From a virus (taxonomy: Duplodnaviria > Caudoviricetes), in the IMG/VR virus record IMGVR_UViG_3300042860_002533, positions 1 to 63,793 of that record: a stretch of DNA of 63,793 nucleotides, one strand, 5' to 3'. Shown piece after piece: positions 62,631 through 63,793 of the stretch. Under the pieces are notes generated by a model. It did no database searches, was not told the origin of the DNA, and worked only from the letters and a program-made list of their open reading frames with translations. A program made the translations under genes and the position numbers. Position 1 is the first letter of the stretch; each line of letters begins with the position of its first letter.

Positions 62631-62933
62631 TTACACGTTGATCCTTGCGGAAAGAATGTCACCCAACCGGTACAAGTAGGAGTTACCTAAACGGCCGCGT
62701 GAAGAAACACCATTGCGGCGGATAAAGGCCCGCAATGCGGCCCCGCTTATCCCGTAGCGTTTCTCTACGTCCCGCGTGGTGACAAGCTCATCGGGATCAG
62801 CGACGGTGTTGTCGCATACCCAGCCCTGGCCGACGTAGACCATTTGTTCGTCTAGCTCGCGGCAGTAAGCGGGGTCTACTTCAAGTAGGCGTTTACGGTA
62901 TTGGTCAACCATCCACCGTAGAACGTCAGTCAT
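62631..62933 (-). CDS. HTH DNA-binding protein at end of early operon
   Basis: LVTTRDVEKRYGISGAALRAFIRR...YRLGDI winged-HTH pattern. Confidence 0.75.
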   Translation of the reverse strand: MTDVLRWMVDQYRKRLLEVDPAYCRELDEQMVYVGQGWVCDNTVADPDELVTTRDVEKRYGISGAALRAFIRRNGVSSRGRLGNSYLYRLGDILSARINV

Positions 62934-63043
62934 TGCCGGAACTCCAACTCAGCATGATCCGGCAATTCCCGACAGCTATCTCAATGCGCGGGTCACCTTC
63001 GGTGAGTGATTCCACTACCGCCATGACAAGCCGTTCTTGGAGG

Positions 63044-63292
63044 TCACTCATCGTCGGCCTTCCATTCGGTGACGTAGCGGTGCCGCCAATCTCCTTGCCA
63101 ATCGTGGCGCGTGGAGTATGGGCGGTCTCGTTCTTCCTTCATCCCCAATTCGCGGATCACCGCGTCGGCCACATGCTCAGCCCAATCTTCCTGTACCTCA
63201 ATCTCAAGGTTTGGATCACCGCAGCATGTGCCGTCCCACTTGTCAGGGTGCGCCATCAGTACGGCGGCGATACGGGTGCGAAGGTCACTCAT
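63044..63292 (-). CDS. Hypothetical protein
   Basis: LRTRIAAVL...HVADAVIRELG...RYVTEW. Confidence 0.75.
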   Translation of the reverse strand: MSDLRTRIAAVLMAHPDKWDGTCCGDPNLEIEVQEDWAEHVADAVIRELGMKEERDRPYSTRHDWQGDWRHRYVTEWKADDE

Positions 63293-63485
63293 TCTCAAAC
63301 CGCCAATCAGTAACCCAACGAGTCAAATAGCCGCCCTCGTAAGACTCAACCCGCAAACCCAACTCGGCAATCACCGCGTCAGCGCACCACGCAACTTCCC
63401 CCGGCCGCATCGCCGGAACGAAATCCCTCAACACCTCGGCCACACGGTCACGCAAACCGTGCTCATTCGCCTCGCGGCCAGCCAT
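63285..63485 (-). CDS. Hypothetical protein (paralog of 63044..63292)
   Basis: LRDRVAEVL...ADAVIAELG...RWVTDW. Confidence 0.7.
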   Translation of the reverse strand: MAGREANEHGLRDRVAEVLRDFVPAMRPGEVAWCADAVIAELGLRVESYEGGYLTRWVTDWRFENE

Positions 63486-63693
63486 GCCCAGCTTTCCTCT
63501 CACCGTCAGTCCAATAGTCCCGCAGATTCCCCGAATAGCGGCTGTGCCGCCGCCAATCGAAACGGCCGGAATGCTTACCCCTGGCCGACTTTCGATCCTG
63601 CACACGATCCTGCACAAACATCAGGGCCAGAAACACGCCAACCGCTAAGTTCAACCCCAACCAGATCGCAACAACCACGCACAGGTGCGTCAA
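63463..63693 (-). CDS. Small membrane protein
   Basis: N-terminal TM; lies across the terminal repeat. Confidence 0.55.
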   Translation of the reverse strand: MTHLCVVVAIWLGLNLAVGVFLALMFVQDRVQDRKSARGKHSGRFDWRRHSRYSGNLRDYWTDGERKAGHGWPRGE

Positions 63694-63793
63694 TCTTCTT
63701 CCCAGCCGTCGTCATGCTCCCCCGATAGAAGCTGGTACCAGTAGCCGCCGAAATAGGCGAACACACCAACACCGGCCAAGATCAAAGAACCAA
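63475..63793 (+). repeat. Terminal direct repeat, right copy
   Basis: Matches 1..319 with 5 substitutions. Confidence 0.95.

Larger units (their letters stand above)
1..63793. mobile_element. Temperate actinobacteriophage genome (siphovirus), complete circular assembly
   Basis: Full set of packaging, head, tail, lysis, integration and replication genes, no host housekeeping genes, and contig ends that overlap. Confidence 0.95.

Overview
Apparently complete, circularly assembled (319-bp end overlap) ~63.5 kb temperate siphovirus genome of an actinobacterial host, most likely Mycobacteriales (two WhiB genes, NrdH, mycobacterial-type LexA boxes, mycobacteriophage-like virion genes). Most genes are on the minus strand: terminase/portal/capsid/tail (48006->20676), lysis (20640->18680), and an early recombination/replication operon (13436->1, wrapping to 63793->62631). 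A repressor and tyrosine integrase on the plus strand carry attP (3' half of a tRNA-Asn-like gene) inside the repressor ORF, the integration-dependent immunity layout, and the phage also encodes its own ClpP-like protease. The most unusual parts are: (i) a ~3.4 kb amidoligase + class II glutamine amidotransferase cassette next to the predicted cos end, bracketed by two perfect LexA boxes in inverted context, with distinct AATT-rich composition and a dense repeat field; (ii) an otherwise intact phage gene interrupted by an in-frame CTT-TAG-CTC, a candidate natural stop-hop or readthrough site; (iii) three ORF-free, highly structured candidate RNAs; (iv) a regulon of small plus-strand genes with a shared operator and start-associated motif; (v) a probable ATT start codon. 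All assignments are by-eye motif recognition; no database searches or folding programs were run.
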